A stretch of DNA of 64,000 nucleotides from Eledone cirrhosa. Taxonomy: Eukaryota. The notes below the pieces were generated by a model, which did no database searches, was not told the DNA's origin, and saw only the letters and a list, made by a program, of their open reading frames with translations. The position numbers and the translations under genes were made by a program. The stretch spans positions 41,788,001 through 41,852,000 of the forward strand of contig OZ024740.1 of NCBI GenBank assembly GCA_964016885.1. The letters are read 5' to 3'. Positions 39,501 through 54,339 of the stretch are shown here, in pieces; position 1 is the first letter of the stretch, and each line of letters opens with the position of its first letter.

Positions 39501-42500
39501 TATATCTCTATACTGTTATATAACCCCTGTTAAGGCTGTAGTATATCTCTCTATACTGTTATATAACCACTGTTAAGGCTGTAGTATATCTCTATACTGT
39601 TATATAACTCCAGTTAAGGCTGTAGTATATATCTCTATACTGTTATATAACCCCTGTTAAGGCTGTAGTATATCTCTATACTGTTATATAACCCCAGTTA
39701 AGGCTGTAGTATATATCTCTATACTGTTATATAACCACTGTTAAGGGTGTAGTATATCTCTCTATACTGTTATATAACCACTGTTAAAGGTGTAGTATAC
39801 CTCTCTATACTGTTGTATAACCCCTGTTAAGGCTGTAGTATACCTCTCTATACTGTTATATAACCCTTGCTAAGGCTGTATTATATCTCTCTATACTGTT
39901 ATATAACCACTGTTAAGGCTGTAGTATATCTCTCTATACTGTTGTATAACCCCTGTTAAGGCTGTAGTATACCTCTCTATACTGTTATATAACCCTTGCT
40001 AAGGCTGTAGTATATCTCTCTATACTGTTATATAACCACTGTTAAGGCTGTAGTATATCTCTCTATACTGTTGTATAACCCCTGTTAAGGCTGTAGTATA
40101 CCTCTCTATACTGTTATATAACCCTTGCTAAGGCTGTAGTATACCTCTCTATACTGTTATATAACCCCTGTTAAGGCTGTAGCATATCTCTCTATACTGT
40201 TATATAACCCCAGTTAAGGCTGTAGTATACCTCTCTATACTGTTATATAACCCCTGTTAAGGCTGTAGTATATCTCTCTATACTGTTATATAACCACTGT
40301 TAAGGCTGTAGTATATCTCTATACTGTTATATAACCCCTGTTAAGGCTGTAGTATATCTCTCTATATTGTTATATAACCCCAGTTAAGGCTGTAGTATAC
40401 CTCTCTATACTGTTATATAACCACTGTTAAGGCTGTAGTATATCTCTCTATACTGTTATATAACCCCTGTTAAGGCTGTAGTATATCTCTCTATACTGTT
40501 ATATAACCACTGTTAAGGCTGTAGTATATCTCTATACTGTTATATAACCCCTGTTAAGGCTGTAGTATGTCTCTCTATACTGTTATATAACCACTGTTAA
40601 GGCTGTAGTATACCTATCTATACTGTTATATAACCCCTGTTAAGGCTGTAGTATATCTCTCTATACTGTCATATAACCCCTGTGAAGGCTGTAGTATACC
40701 ACTCTATACTGTTATATAACCACTGTTAAGGCTGTAGTATACCCCTCTATACTGTTATATAACCCCTGTTAAGGCTGTAGTATACCTCTCTATACTGTTA
40801 TATAACCCCTGTTAAGGCTGTAGCATATCTCTCTATACTGTTATATAACCCCAGTTAAGGCTGTAGTATACCTCTCTATACTGTTATATAACCCCTGCTA
40901 AGGCTGTAGTATACCTCTCTATACTGTTATATAACCACTGTTAAGGCTGTAGTATATCTCTATACTGTTATATAACCCCTGTTAAGGCTGTAGTATATCT
41001 CTATACTGTTATATAACCCCAGTTAAGGCTGTAGTATATATCTCTATACTGTTATATAACCCCTGTTAAGGCTGTAGTATATCTCTCTATACTGTTATAT
41101 AACCACTGTTAAGGCTGTAGTATATCTCTATACTGTTATATAACTCCAGTTAAGGCTGTAGTATATATCTCTATACTGTTATATAACCCCTGTTAAGGCT
41201 GTAGTATATCTCTATACTGTTATATAACCCCAGTTAAGGCTGTAGTATATATCTCTATACTGTTATATAACCACTGTTAAGGGTGTAGTATATCTCTCTA
41301 TACTGTTATATAACCACTGTTAAAGGTGTAGTATACCTCTCTATACTGTTGTATAACCCCTGTTAAGGCTGTAGTATACCTCTCTATACTGTTATATAAC
41401 CCTTGCTAAGGCTGTAGTATATCTCTCTATACTGTTATATAACCACTGTTAAGGCTGTAGTATATCTCTCTATACTGTTGTATAACCCCTGTTAAGGCTG
41501 TAGTATACCTCTCTATACTGTTATATAACCCTTGCTAAGGCTGTAGTATACCTCTCTATACTGTTATATAACCCCTGTTAAGGCTGTAGCATATCTCTCT
41601 ATACTGTTATATAACCCCAGTTAAGGCTGTAGTATACCTCTCTATACTGTTATATAACTCCAGTTAAGGCTGTAGTATATATCTCTATACTGTTATATAA
41701 CCCCTGTTAAGGCTGTAGTATATCTCTATACTGTTATATAACCCCAGTTAAGGCTGTAGTATATATCTCTATACTGTTATATAACCACTGTTAAGGGTGT
41801 AGTATATCTCTCTATACTGTTATATAACCACTGTTAAAGGTGTAGTATACCTCTCTATACTGTTGTATAACCCCTGTTAAGGCTGTAGTATACCTCTCTA
41901 TACTGTTATATAACCCTTGCTAAGGCTGTAGTATATCTCTCTATACTGTTATATAACCACTGTTAAGGCTGTAGTATATCTCTCTATACTGTTGTATAAC
42001 CCCTGTTAAGGCTGTAGTATACCTCTCTATACTGTTATATAACCCTTGCTAAGGCTGTAGTATACCTCTCTATACTGTTATATAACCCCTGTTAAGGCTG
42101 TAGCATATCTCTCTATACTGTTATATAACCCCAGTTAAGGCTGTAGTATACCTCTCTATACTGTTATATAACCCCTGTTAAGGCTGTAGTATATCTCTCT
42201 ATACTGTTATATAACCCCAGTTAAGGCTGTAGTATATCTCTATACTGTTATATAACCCCTGTTAAGGCTGTAGTATATCTCTCTATACTGTTATATAACC
42301 ACTGTTAAGGCTGTAGTATACCTATCTATACTGTTATATAACCCCTGTTAAGGCTGTAGTATATCTCTCTATTCTGTCATATAACCCCTGTGAAGGCTGT
42401 AGTATACCACTCTATACTGTTATATAACCACTGTTAAGGCTGTAGTATACCCCTCTATACTGTTATATAACCCCTGTTAAGGCTGTAGTATACCTCTCTA

Positions 42501-45500
42501 TACTGTTATATAACCCCTGTTAAGGCTGTAGCATATCTCTCTATACTGTTATATAACCCCAGTTAAGACTGTAGTATACCTCTCTATACTGTTATATAAC
42601 CCCTGCTAAGGCTGTAGTATACCTCTCTATACTGTTATATAACCACTGTTAAGGCTGTAGTATATCTCTATACTGTTATATAACCCCTGTTAAGGCTGTA
42701 GTATATCTCTATACTGTTATATAACCCCAGTTAAGGCTGTAGTATATATCTCTATACTGTTATATAACCCCTGTTAAGGCTGTAGTATATCTCTCTATAC
42801 TGTTATATAACCACTGTTAAGGCTGTAGTATATATCTCTATACTGTTATATAACCACTGTTAAGGGTGTAGTATATCTCTCTATACTGTTATATAACCAC
42901 TGTTAAAGGTGTAGTATACCTCTCTATACTGTTGTATAACCCCTGTTAAGGCTGTAGTATACCTCTCTATACTGTTATATAACCCTTGCTAAGGCTGTAG
43001 TATATCTCTCTATACTGTTATATAACCACTGTTAAGGCTGTAGTATATCTCTCTATACTGTTGTATAACCCCTGTTAAGGCTGTAGTATACCTCTCTATA
43101 CTGTTATATAACCCTTGCTAAGGCTGTAGTATACCTCTCTATACTGTTATATAACCCCTGTTAAGGCTGTAGCATATCTCTCTATACTGTTATATAACCC
43201 CAGTTAAGGCTGTAGTATACCTCTCTATACTGTTATATAACCCCTGTTAAGGCTGTAGTATATCTCTCTATACTGTTATATAACCACTGTTAAGGCTGTA
43301 GTATATCTCTATACTGTTATATAACCCCTGTTAAGGCTGTAGTATATCTCTCTATATTGTTATATAACCCCAGTTAAGGCTGTAGTATACCTCTCTATAC
43401 TGTTATATAACCACTGTTAAGGCTGTAGTATATCTCTCTATACTGTTATATAACCCCTGTTAAGGCTGTAGTATATCTCTCTATACTGTTATATAACCAC
43501 TGTTAAGGCTGTAGTATATCTCTATACTGTTATATAACCCCTGTTAAGGCTGTAGTATATCTCTCTATACTGTTATATAACCACTGTTAAGGCTGTAGTA
43601 TACCTATCTATACTGTTATATAACCCGTGTTAAGGCTGTAGTATATCTCTCTATACTGTCATATAACCCCTGTGAAGGCTGTAGTATACCACTCTATACT
43701 GTTATATAACCACTGTTAAGGCTGTAGTATACCCCTCTATACTGTTATATAACCCCTGTTAAGGCTGTAGTATACCTCTCTATACTGTTATATAACCCCT
43801 GTTAAGGCTGTAGCATATCTCTCTATACTGTTATATAACCCCAGTTAAGGCTGTAGTATACCTCTCTATACTGTTATATAACCCCTGCTAAGGCTGTAGT
43901 ATACCTCTCTATACTGTTATATAACCACTGTTAAGGCTGTAGTATATCTCTATACTGTTATATAACCCCTGTTAAGGCTGTAGTATATCTCTATACTGTT
44001 ATATAACCCCAGTTAAGGCTGTAGTATATATCTCTATACTGTTATATAACCCCTGTTAAGGCTGTAGTATATCTCTCTATACTGTTATATAACCACTGTT
44101 AAGGCTGTAGTATATCTCTATACTGTTATATAACTCCAGTTAAGGCTGTAGTATATATCTCTATACTGTTATATAACCCCTGTTAAGGCTGTAGTATATC
44201 TCTATACTGTTATATAACCCCAGTTAAGGCTGTAGTATATATCTCTATACTGTTATATAACCACTGTTAAGGGTGTAGTATATCTCTCTATACTGTTATA
44301 TAACCACTGTTAAAGGTGTAGTATACCTCTCTATACTGTTGTATAACCCCTGTTAAGGCTGTAGTATACCTCTCTATACTGTTATATAACCCTTGCTAAG
44401 GCTGTAGTATATCTCTCTATACTGTTATATAACCACTGTTAAGGCTGTAGTATATCTCTCTATACTGTTGTATAACCCCTGTTAAGGCTGTAGTATACCT
44501 CTCTATACTGTTATATAACCCTTGCTAAGGCTGTAGTATACCTCTCTATACTGTTATATAACCCCTGTTAAGGCTGTAGCATATCTCTCTATACTGTTAT
44601 ATAACCCCAGTTAAGGCTGTAGTATACCTCTCTATACTGTTATATAACCCCTGTTAAGGCTGTAGTATATCTCTCTATACTGTTATATAACCACTGTTAA
44701 GGCTGTAGTATATCTCTATACTGTTATATAACCCCTGTTAAGGCTGTAGTATATCTCTCTATACTGTTATATAACCACTGTTAAGGCTGTAGTATACCTC
44801 TCTATACTGTTATATAACCCCAGTTAAGGCTGTAGTATACCTCTCTATACTGTTATATAACCCCTGCTAAGGCTGTAGTATACCTCTCTATACTGTTATA
44901 TAACCACTGTTAAGGCTGTAGTATATCTCTATACTGGTATATAACCCCTGTTAAGGCTGTAGTATATCTCTATACTGTTATATAACCCCAGTTAAGGCTG
45001 TAGTATATATCTCTATACTGTTATATAACCCCTGTTAAGGCTGTAGTATATCTCTCTATACTGTTATATAACCACTGTTAAGGCTGTAGTATATCTCTAT
45101 ACTGTTATATAACTCCAGTTAAGGCTGTAGTATATATCTCTATACTGTTATATAACCCCTGTTAAGGCTGTAGTATATCTCTATACTGTTATATAACCCC
45201 AGTTAAGGCTGTAGTATATATCTCTATACTGTTATATAACCCCTGTTAAGGCTGTAGTATATATCTATACTGTTATATAACCACTGTTAAGGCTGTAGTA
45301 TATCTCTCTATACTGTTATATAACCAGTGTTAAAGGTGTAGTATACCTCTCTATACTGTTGTATAACCCCTGTTAAGGCTGTAGTATACCTCTCTATACT
45401 GTTATATAACCCTTGCTAAGGCTGTAGTATATCTCTCTATACTGTTATATAACCACTGTTAAGGCTGTAGTATATCTCTCTATACTGTTGTATAACCCCT

Positions 45501-48500
45501 GTTAAGGCTGTAGTATACCTCTCTATACTGTTATATAACCCTTGCTAAGGCTGTAGTATACCTCTCTATACTGTTATATAACCACTGTTAAGGCTGTAGT
45601 ATACCTCTCTATACTGTTATATAAACACTGTTAAGGCTGTAGTATATCTCTATACTGTTATATAACCACTGTTAAAGGTGTAGTATACCTCTCTATACTG
45701 TTGTATAACCCCTGTTAAGGCTGTAGTATACCTCTCTATACTGTTATATAACCCCTGTTAAGGCTGTAGTATATCTCTATACTGTTATATAACCACTGTT
45801 AAGGCTGTAGTATATCTCTCTATACTGTTATATAACCACTGTTAAGGCTGTAGTATATCTCTATACTGTTATATAACCACTCTTAAGGCTGTAGTATATC
45901 TCTCTATACTGTTATATTATCACTGTTAAGGCTGTAGTATACCTCTCTATACTGTTATATAACCACTGTTAAGGCTGTAGTATATCTCTCTGTAGTGTTA
46001 TATAACCACTGTTAAGACTGTAGTATATCTCTCTATACTGTTATATTACCACTGTTAAGGCTGTAGTATACCTCTCTATACTGTTATATAACCACTGTTA
46101 AGGCTGTAGTATACCTCTCTACACTGTCATATAACCCCTGTTAAGGCTGTAGTATACCTCTCTATACTGTTATATAACCACTGTTAAGGCTGTAGTATAC
46201 CTCTCTATACTGTTATATTACCCCTGTTAAGGCTGTAGTATATCTCTCTATACTGTTATATAACCACTGTTAAGGCTGTAGTATATATCTCTATACTGTT
46301 ATATAACCACTGTTAAGGCTGTTGTATATCTCTCTATACTGTTATATAACCACTGTTAAGGCTGTAGTATATCTCTCTACACTGTTATATAACCCCTGTT
46401 AAGGCTGTAGTATATCTCTCTATAGTGTTATATAACCCCTGTTAAGGCTGTAGTATATCTCTCTATACTGTCATATAACCCCTGTGAAGGCTGTAGTATA
46501 CCACTCTATACTGTTATATAACCACTGTTAAGGCTGTAGTATACCTCTCTATACTGTTATATAACCACTGTTAAGGCTGTAGTATATCTCTATACTGTTA
46601 TATAACCCCTGCTAAGGCTGTAGTATACCTCTCTATACTGTTATATAACCACTGTTAAGGCTGTAGTATACCTCTCTATACTGTTATATAACCACTGTTA
46701 AGGCTGTAGTATATCTCTATACTGTTATATAACCCCTGTTAAGGCTGTAGTATACCTCTCTATACTGTTATATAACCCCTGCTAAGGCTGTAGTATACCT
46801 CTCTATACTGTTATATAACCCCTGTTAAGGCTGTAGCATATCTCTCTATACTGTTATATAACCACTGTTAAGGCTGTAGTATACCTCTCTATACTGTTAT
46901 ATAACCACTGTTAAGGCTGTGGGATATCTCTCTACACTGTCATATAACCCCTGTTAAGGCTGTAGTATATCTCTCTATACTGTTATATAACCACTGTTAA
47001 GGGTGTAGTATACCTCTCTATACTGTTGCATAACCCCCGTTAAGGCTGTAGTATACCTCTCTATACTGTTATATAACCCTTGGTAAGGCTGTAGTATATC
47101 TCTCTATACTGTTATATAACCACTGTTAAGGCTGTAGTATATCTCTCTACACTGTCATATAACCCCTGTTAAGGCTGTAGTATATTTCTCTATACTGTTA
47201 TATAACCACTGTTAAGGCTGTAGTATATCTCTCTATACTGTTATATAACCCTTGTTAAGGCTGTAGTATACCTCTCTATACTGTTATATAACTCCTGTTA
47301 AGGCTGTAGTATACCTCTCTATACTGTTATATAACCCCTGTTAAGGCTGTAGTATACCTCTCTATACTGTTATATAACCCCTGTTAAGGCTGTAGTATAC
47401 CTCTCTATACTGTTATATAACCCCTGTTAAGGCTGTAGCATATCTCTCTATACTGTTATATAACCACTGTTAAGGCTGTAGTATATCTCTCTATACTGTT
47501 ATATTACCACTGTTAAGGCTGTAGTATACCTCTCTATACTGTTATATAACCACTGTTAAGGCTGTAGTATACCTCTCTACACTGTCATATAACCTCTGTT
47601 AAGGCTGTAGTATACCTCTCTATACTGTTATATAACCACTGTTAAGGCTGTAGTATACCTCTCTATACTGTTATATTACCCCTGTTAAGGCTGTAGTATA
47701 TCTCTCTATACTGTTATATAACCACTGTTAAGGCTGTAGTATATCTCTCTATACTGTTATATAACCACTGTTAAGGCTGTTGTATATCTCTCTATACTGT
47801 TATATAACCACTGTTAAGGCTGTAGTATATCTCTCTACACTGTTATATAACCCCTGTTAAGGCTGTAGTATATCTCTCTATAGTGTTATATAACCCCTGT
47901 TAAGGCTGTAGTATATCTCTCTATACTGTCATATAACCCCTGTGAAGGCTGTAGTATACCACTCTATACTGTTATATAACCACTGTTAAGGCTGTAGTAT
48001 ACCTCTCTATACTGTTATATAACCACTGTTAAGGCTGTAGTATATCTCTATACTGTTATATAACCCCTGCTAAGGCTGTAGTATACCTCTCTATACTGTT
48101 ATATAACCACTGTTAAGGCTGTAGTATACCTCTCTATACTGTTATATAACCACTGTTAAGGCTGTAGTATATCTCTATACTGTTATATAACCCCTGTTAA
48201 GGCTGTAGTATACCTCTCTATACTGTTATATAACCCCTGCTAAGGCTGTAGTATACCTCTCTATACTGTTATATAACCCCTGTTAAGGCTGTAGCATATC
48301 TCTCTATACTGTTATATAACCACTGTTAAGGCTGTAGTATACCTCTCTATACTGTTATATAACCACTGTTAAGGCTGTGGGATATCTCTCTACACTGTCA
48401 TATAACCCCTGTTAAGGCTGTAGTATATCTCTCTATACTGTTATATAACCACTGTTAAGGGTGTAGTATACCTCTCTATACTGTTGCATAACCCCCGTTA

Positions 48501-49580
48501 AGGCTGTAGTATACCTCTCTATACTGTTATATAACCCTTGGTAAGGCTGTAGTATATCTCTCTATACTGTTATATAACCACTGTTAAGGCTGTAGTATAT
48601 CTCTCTACACTGTCATATAACCCCTGTTAAGGCTGTAGTATATTTCTCTATACTGTTATATAACCACTGTTAAGGCTGTAGTATATCTCTCTATACTGTT
48701 ATATAACCCTTGTTAAGGCTGTAGTATACCTCTCTATACTGTTATATAACTCCTGTTAAGGCTGTAGTATACCTCTCTATACTGTTATATAACCCCTGTT
48801 AAGGCTGTAGTATACCTCTCTATACTGTTATATAACCCCTGTTAAGGCTGTAGTATACCTCTCTATACTGTTATATAACCCCTGTTAAGGCTGTAGCATA
48901 TCTCTCTATACTGTTATATAACCACTGTTAAGGCTGTAGTATATCTCTCTATACTGTTATATAACCCCTGTTAAGGCTGTAGTATATCTCTCTATAGTGT
49001 TATATAACCCCTGTTAAGGCTGTAGTATATCTCTCTATACTGTTATATAACCACTGTTAAGGCTGTAGTATATCTCTCTATACTGTTATATAACCCCTGT
49101 TAAGGCTGTAGTATACCTCTCTATACTGTTATATAACCCCAGTTAAGGCTGTAGGATATCTCTCTACACTGTCATATAACCCCTGTTAAGGCTGTAGTAT
49201 ACCTCTCTATACTGTTATATAACCCCTGCTAAGGCTGCAGTATACCTCTCTACACTGTTATATAACCCCTGTTAAGGCTGTAGTATATCTCTCTATACTG
49301 TTATATAACCCCTGCTAAGGCTGTAGTATACCTCTCTACACTGTCATATAACCCCTGTTAAGGCTGTAGTATATCTCTATACTGTTATATAACCACTGTT
49401 AAGGGTGTAGTATACCTCTCTATACTGTTGTATAACCCCTGTTAAGGCTGTAGTATATCTCCCTATACTGTTATATAACCACTGTTAAGGCTGTAGTATA
49501 TCTCTCTATACTGTTATATAACCCCAGTTAAGGCTGTAGTATACCTCTCTATACTGTTATATAACCCCTGTTAAGGCTGT
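33540..49580. repeat. ~16-kb tandem satellite, 43-bp monomer (41/42-bp variants), ~375 copies
   Basis: Unit ctgttaaggctgtagtatatctctctatactgttatataacc(a/c); the 43-nt period was checked at 34081/34124. Confidence 0.98.
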
Positions 49581-51008
49581 AACACACCTCAATACTAAAG
49601 TGCTCAGATATTCACAGTTGTGTTGAGACATTCTTTTAATCTTTTTACCTGTCTCAATCATTTAACTGCGGTGCGGCCTTCAAGAGGTTTTCTCCTACTG
49701 CGTTGCGGCCAAATCGGCGCACGATTTTCAAGGAGTTTTATTCCATTGATCCGCGGTCAAATTAGCACATGGTCTTCAAAGGTTTTTAGTCTATTTATCG
49801 TTCTATCTAATCTATTGTTTTGTACTGAATGTATTGATTGGCATAGCTCATCATTTTCACATAAAATATTTTAACCAGTGCTGTGAAGTCAATCATACAA
49901 ACGCGAACAACTTTATATGCACATACACTTTTATATACACTCACACATACACACGTATTCACTCACATACACACATATACACATATGCACACGTATGTAT
50001 GTTTATGTGCGTTTTATCTTTTGAGACGACATTTTCTCGAATTCTGAAGCATCTTTAAACTGGACACTTCAATTGATCCGTACATTCCTATGGCACTTTA
50101 TCTTTACTACAAAGATGTAAACACTTCTAATTACACTTTACTGCGTCTATAGCACCATTAAACACATTAATCAATTAATTATATTTTCTGTGTTCATATA
50201 TGTTAAAATTGATATTGTACTTGAAACACGAGGAAAACTACTAGACCTTTGCTATGGTCACAACTTCAACTGTGACACCAAGAAATGTAGGAGTGAATAA
50301 TATTCAGAGCCAACGACTTACTAGTTGTATATGTATGTATTATTGTTGTCGTTGTTGTTTAGTCTCATGTCGACCATGAATGAGAAAACCTATGAATGAA
50401 GGCTTTCTTGCCATGACCATCACGTCATATTTTCAGGAATATTGAAATATGGAAGTGAGACACTCATCATAACAGTGGAATGTTATAGAGATCAGTGGTT
50501 ATAGAGGTCAGCTGTCTAGTGAAGCTGGCTGTTTCGTCGAAGGTTTAAGAAAAATAAAACATCTATGGTGAAACAATGCAGAACCTACGGCTCTTGTACT
50601 CTGATTATAGATTCATATTTGTACCTATTATCAAAAGTGCACTGGAGTATGTAACTGTACCCGATACTGCACTGAAACAGTAGAAAATTCACCCCCGATC
50701 GAAACTTATGCAGGTACACTGGATTATGTGACTTTAGATTTGAACAAAAGTTTAGAAATATTTAGAAAGAACAACGAAAACTAACTCATATCCTTTAAAT
50801 CCAATCGATTTGCGGTACAATGAAGACTTAGAAGATATTCCAAGATATTCCATTGGAGTTTCTTGAAATTAATATATGTACACACACATACACACATACA
50901 CACAGACATACACACACTAACTAGTTAACTTATTTACAAACTGCTGGAATTTCTTAACACAATAAAAGTCTCCTGTCACTGTTAGTGCCTGAATTGAATA
51001 CATGCATA

Positions 51009-51040
<32 letters not shown>

Positions 51041-51046
<6 letters not shown>

Positions 51047-51443
51047 TATTGGTGCTCTGAAATAGCGATACATACATGAATGTATGTATAGTATATTTGG
51101 CAATATACTGTATGTTTAATTAAAAACATTTAGAAGACCATTCGCTATGAGTTTTAAAGTAGTGACTATGTCACTTATTTAATCTCTGCAAAAGTAACAG
51201 AGAATGGCCGACAGACAGTCTGTTGCTCGCTTGTGAGCATTTATCAAGATCACACACTCAGTTGCCTTTGTCGAGAATTATAGAACCTGGATTTTTATAG
51301 AATTCCAGTAATAATCAGGAGCTGATTATACAGAACGATTGACGGTCCATCCAAAATTAGGTATTAATATTGGTGCTCAGAAATAGTGATGTATACATGA
51401 CTTTTGCAGAGATTAAGTAAGTGACATAGTCACTACTTTAAAA

Positions 51444-51449
<6 letters not shown>
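51041..51449. mobile_element. TA-inserted element with both a direct and an inverted repeat
   Basis: 51041-51079 is repeated directly at 51362-51400; 51146-51195 is inverted at 51400-51449. Confidence 0.6.
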
Positions 51450-51477
<28 letters not shown>

Positions 51478-51482
<5 letters not shown>

Positions 51483-51850
51483 GAAATTGTAGTTTACTTG
51501 AAGCATTGCGTAGTGAGGTATAAACGTTTGGAGTTAGAAGGCCAGAACAATGCAGGTATGGATATAGAATATAAATACGAATGCAAAAGATAGCACTGAC
51601 AATTAGTGTTTTACCTTAAATTTATTTGAATATCCTTAAGTTTCGAGATAATATCTCTTCTTCGGAGGGAAGTAAAGGGGTTAATCCAGTGTTGTCATGC
51701 TGACAGGAAATAGTATAGAAATTTCATTCTATTTCTAATGTCAAAGAGTGAAGGTTAGGTGGATAAAGGGTTGTCTCCCTTTAAAAGGGTTTGGACATGT
51801 ATGTCTAAGTGTGTGGGGGAGAATACGTGGAGGTGTAAGCATGCGCGCGC

Positions 51851-51897
<47 letters not shown>

Positions 51898-52332
51898 AGG
51901 ATATGTTTATATGTAAATGTGGGGGCTAGATGCTCTATCATGTTAAAACTGGTCTATGTGTGTGTATGTGTGTGTGTGTGAGAGAATAAGTGAAGGTGTA
52001 AGCGTGCGTGTGTGTGTGTGAGAGAGGATACGTGGAGGTGTAAGTGTGGGGCTAGGTGGTCTATCATGTTAAAAATTAACTTCTATCCTAACTGTTATGT
52101 TTTTGTCGGTGTTTTTGCATTTCACTAGGTGTTTCTTAAATGAGGAAGCATTAGTGTTGAGGTGTTCTTTTATTCTAATGTGAAGTGGTCTGGTGGTGCT
52201 ACCTATGTAGAAATTGCTGCATTTTTCGCACTCTAATCTGTATACGACGTAAGCCTGGTGGCATAGGTGTGTGTTGTCGATGGGGCAGTTGGCCAGCGTG
52301 CAACGGCTGTCATGTCTGGTGGAGTGTCTCTT
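51478..52332 (-). mobile_element. 5'-truncated Penelope-like retroelement: GIY-YIG endonuclease fragment, 3' UTR, hammerhead-like motif and tail into (TA)n
   Basis: 52332-52069 translates KRHSTRHDSRCTLANCPIDNTHLCHQAYVVYRLECEKCSNFYIGSTTRPLHIRIKEHLNTNASSFKKHLVKC...; motif cct CCGAAGA a gagat att atctc GAAA ct TA agg at 51634-51668. Confidence 0.88.
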
Positions 52333-52699
52333 ATATATGTTTGTTTGTGTGTGTGACTTTGAACCTACAAGTATTTGAGTAAATTATATTATATTTTACA
52401 AATTAATAGTTAAAGTTAAACAATACTAAACGATAGATATTTATCAGTCATCTTTAACCCACTGCAGTATCGCTATGGTATAAGAAAAGGTGATCCGTTA
52501 AGCTGTAAATATAGGAGTTCTATGTATATATATTTTATAATACAGTTCAAAGTATATGTTACAAATTCTCCAGAGCTAAAACTTCAACAATTTTATATAT
52601 ACTAGCAACATTACTTCTATCACAATGCAATTGTAACCTAAGCCGACATCAAAGAACAGCCGAACTCCCACTGTCATCGCCTCTATCTCTCTGGCCCTC

Positions 52700-53030
52700 C
52701 CCATCTCTCCGCGGAACAGGAAGATGGTCATGCCGTCTGGCCTTTTGTCTTCCTTTTAAAACTGTTCGCTAGTGATTTACTAACGTTTATGGCTGTTAGT
52801 GAAGTTTTGTCCAAACGATACTGTTGTAGCATCGCGAGAGAGTATTTATGGTATTCCTCGTTAGTCTCTTGTTACCTCCCTTTTGTCTCCGAAGGAAACA
52901 ACTGTCCAGTGGTTTGTTAAATCCGTTTAAAAAGTTAATGTAGGGGTGCCATGGTGACATACTGTGCTTCTTGTGGAGCCCATTATCTTTCCAGGTTTGA
53001 ACACCGTTGATTTTTTCCACAGAAGGAGAG
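52700..53030 (-). mobile_element. Decayed CRE-like non-LTR retrotransposon fragment (restriction-like endonuclease region)
   Basis: Minus strand gives EDKRPDGMTIFLFRG, resembling the CRE-clade DGKRPDGMTLIPW motif; upstream reading frame disrupted. Confidence 0.45.
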
Positions 53031-53059
53031 GATGAATGATAGAGAGGAAGTGAAAAAGA

Positions 53060-53518
53060 TATAGCGGAAGAATCGACTCCAGTACTGGGCTGGTAAATTT
53101 TTGTAGACCTTGAAATGAATGAAAGGCAAAATTGTCCTCGGCAAGACCTTTACTGAGAGAGAAGATAGCCAGAACGAATACCGCAGAGCGTTTTATCTGA
53201 CGTTCGACGACTCTGTCAATTCGCGGCATAGAGAAGCTAATAGCAAAACAGTAAATATTATTTACGGGGTCGATAAAATAAAGTACCAGTAATACACTGG
53301 ATAATTGCTGGCCTTGTGCCAAATGTAGTAACAGTTATTTAGAGAAAGTATTTGTTCTGGCTCTTTATGTTCTGAGTTCAAATCCCGCCAAGATCAACTT
53401 TGTTTCTCATCCTTTCGAGGTGGATATAATAAAGTACCAGTCACGCACTGGGGTCGATATAATCGACTTTCCCCGTCCCGCAAATTGCTGGCCTTGTGCC
53501 TAAATAAGAAATCATTAT
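53060..53518. mobile_element. Cluster of three SINE pieces (old minus copy 53060-53228; plus fragments 53262-53338 and 53355-53518)
   Basis: Body and tail motifs of the SINE superfamily. Confidence 0.75.
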
Positions 53519-54050
53519 TTAGAGAGAATTTAATAGGAAAAACTAAATATTAGAGAATTTAATAGGAAAATACTAAATAATATTTACATTGAATATCTTT
53601 GCAATCATATCCAGTGTCAACTAGCAAAGAACGGAATCAATAATAAAATCAGTTGTTGTAACATCTGTAACTTCTTACTTCCATCAAATTATGTTAGATA
53701 AAGTTTAGAAATCTGTTTTAGATGCCGATCATGTCCCGCTAAATGAGTAACTTTGATGTGGTGAGCATATTTACAAAGGTTCCAGTAGGTATCTCATTGT
53801 CAGCTGTCAGGTTCTGACTTGAAAATATAACTAAGTTTCCATAAATGCATAAAAATACCAACTGTTATCATGTAGATATTGTATGCATGGGCACTTAACT
53901 CCTGATGGAGTCATAATGGCACCGTCATGACATATGGCGTGCCTTGGGTACTTTAATGCTAGCAGAGCCCATCGCCTCTCCAGGTCTGAACACACCCGAT
54001 TTCTCCCAAAGAGTGAGTGAGAGAGAGACAGAGGAAGAAAGAGAGAGAAA

Positions 54051-54107
<57 letters not shown>

Positions 54108-54121
54108 AGAGAGAGAGAGAG

Positions 54122-54255
54122 AGAATCGACTGGTGCTTTTTTTTTACCAATCCTGAAAAGATGAAAAGCAAAGTTGAACCTATGGCGGAGAGGCCGGAGC
54201 GAATACTGCAAAGTATTCTATCCGACGTTTTAACGACTCTGCCAATTCGCCACCC
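54122..54255 (-). mobile_element. Old diverged SINE copy
   Basis: gactggtgc...gatgaaaagcaaagttgaac...ctgccaattcgccacc. Confidence 0.6.
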
Positions 54256-54339
54256 CATGTAGATATTAATCCTGTGATTACGAATGGCAACCGTCCATAT
54301 AAAAAAAGAAAAATTTATTAACAAATGGAAGGAATGGAA

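Noticed and set aside
33540-49580. CRISPR-like or coding repeat array
   Set aside because: Head-to-tail monomers with no unique spacers, no cas genes, eukaryotic context and no long ORF.
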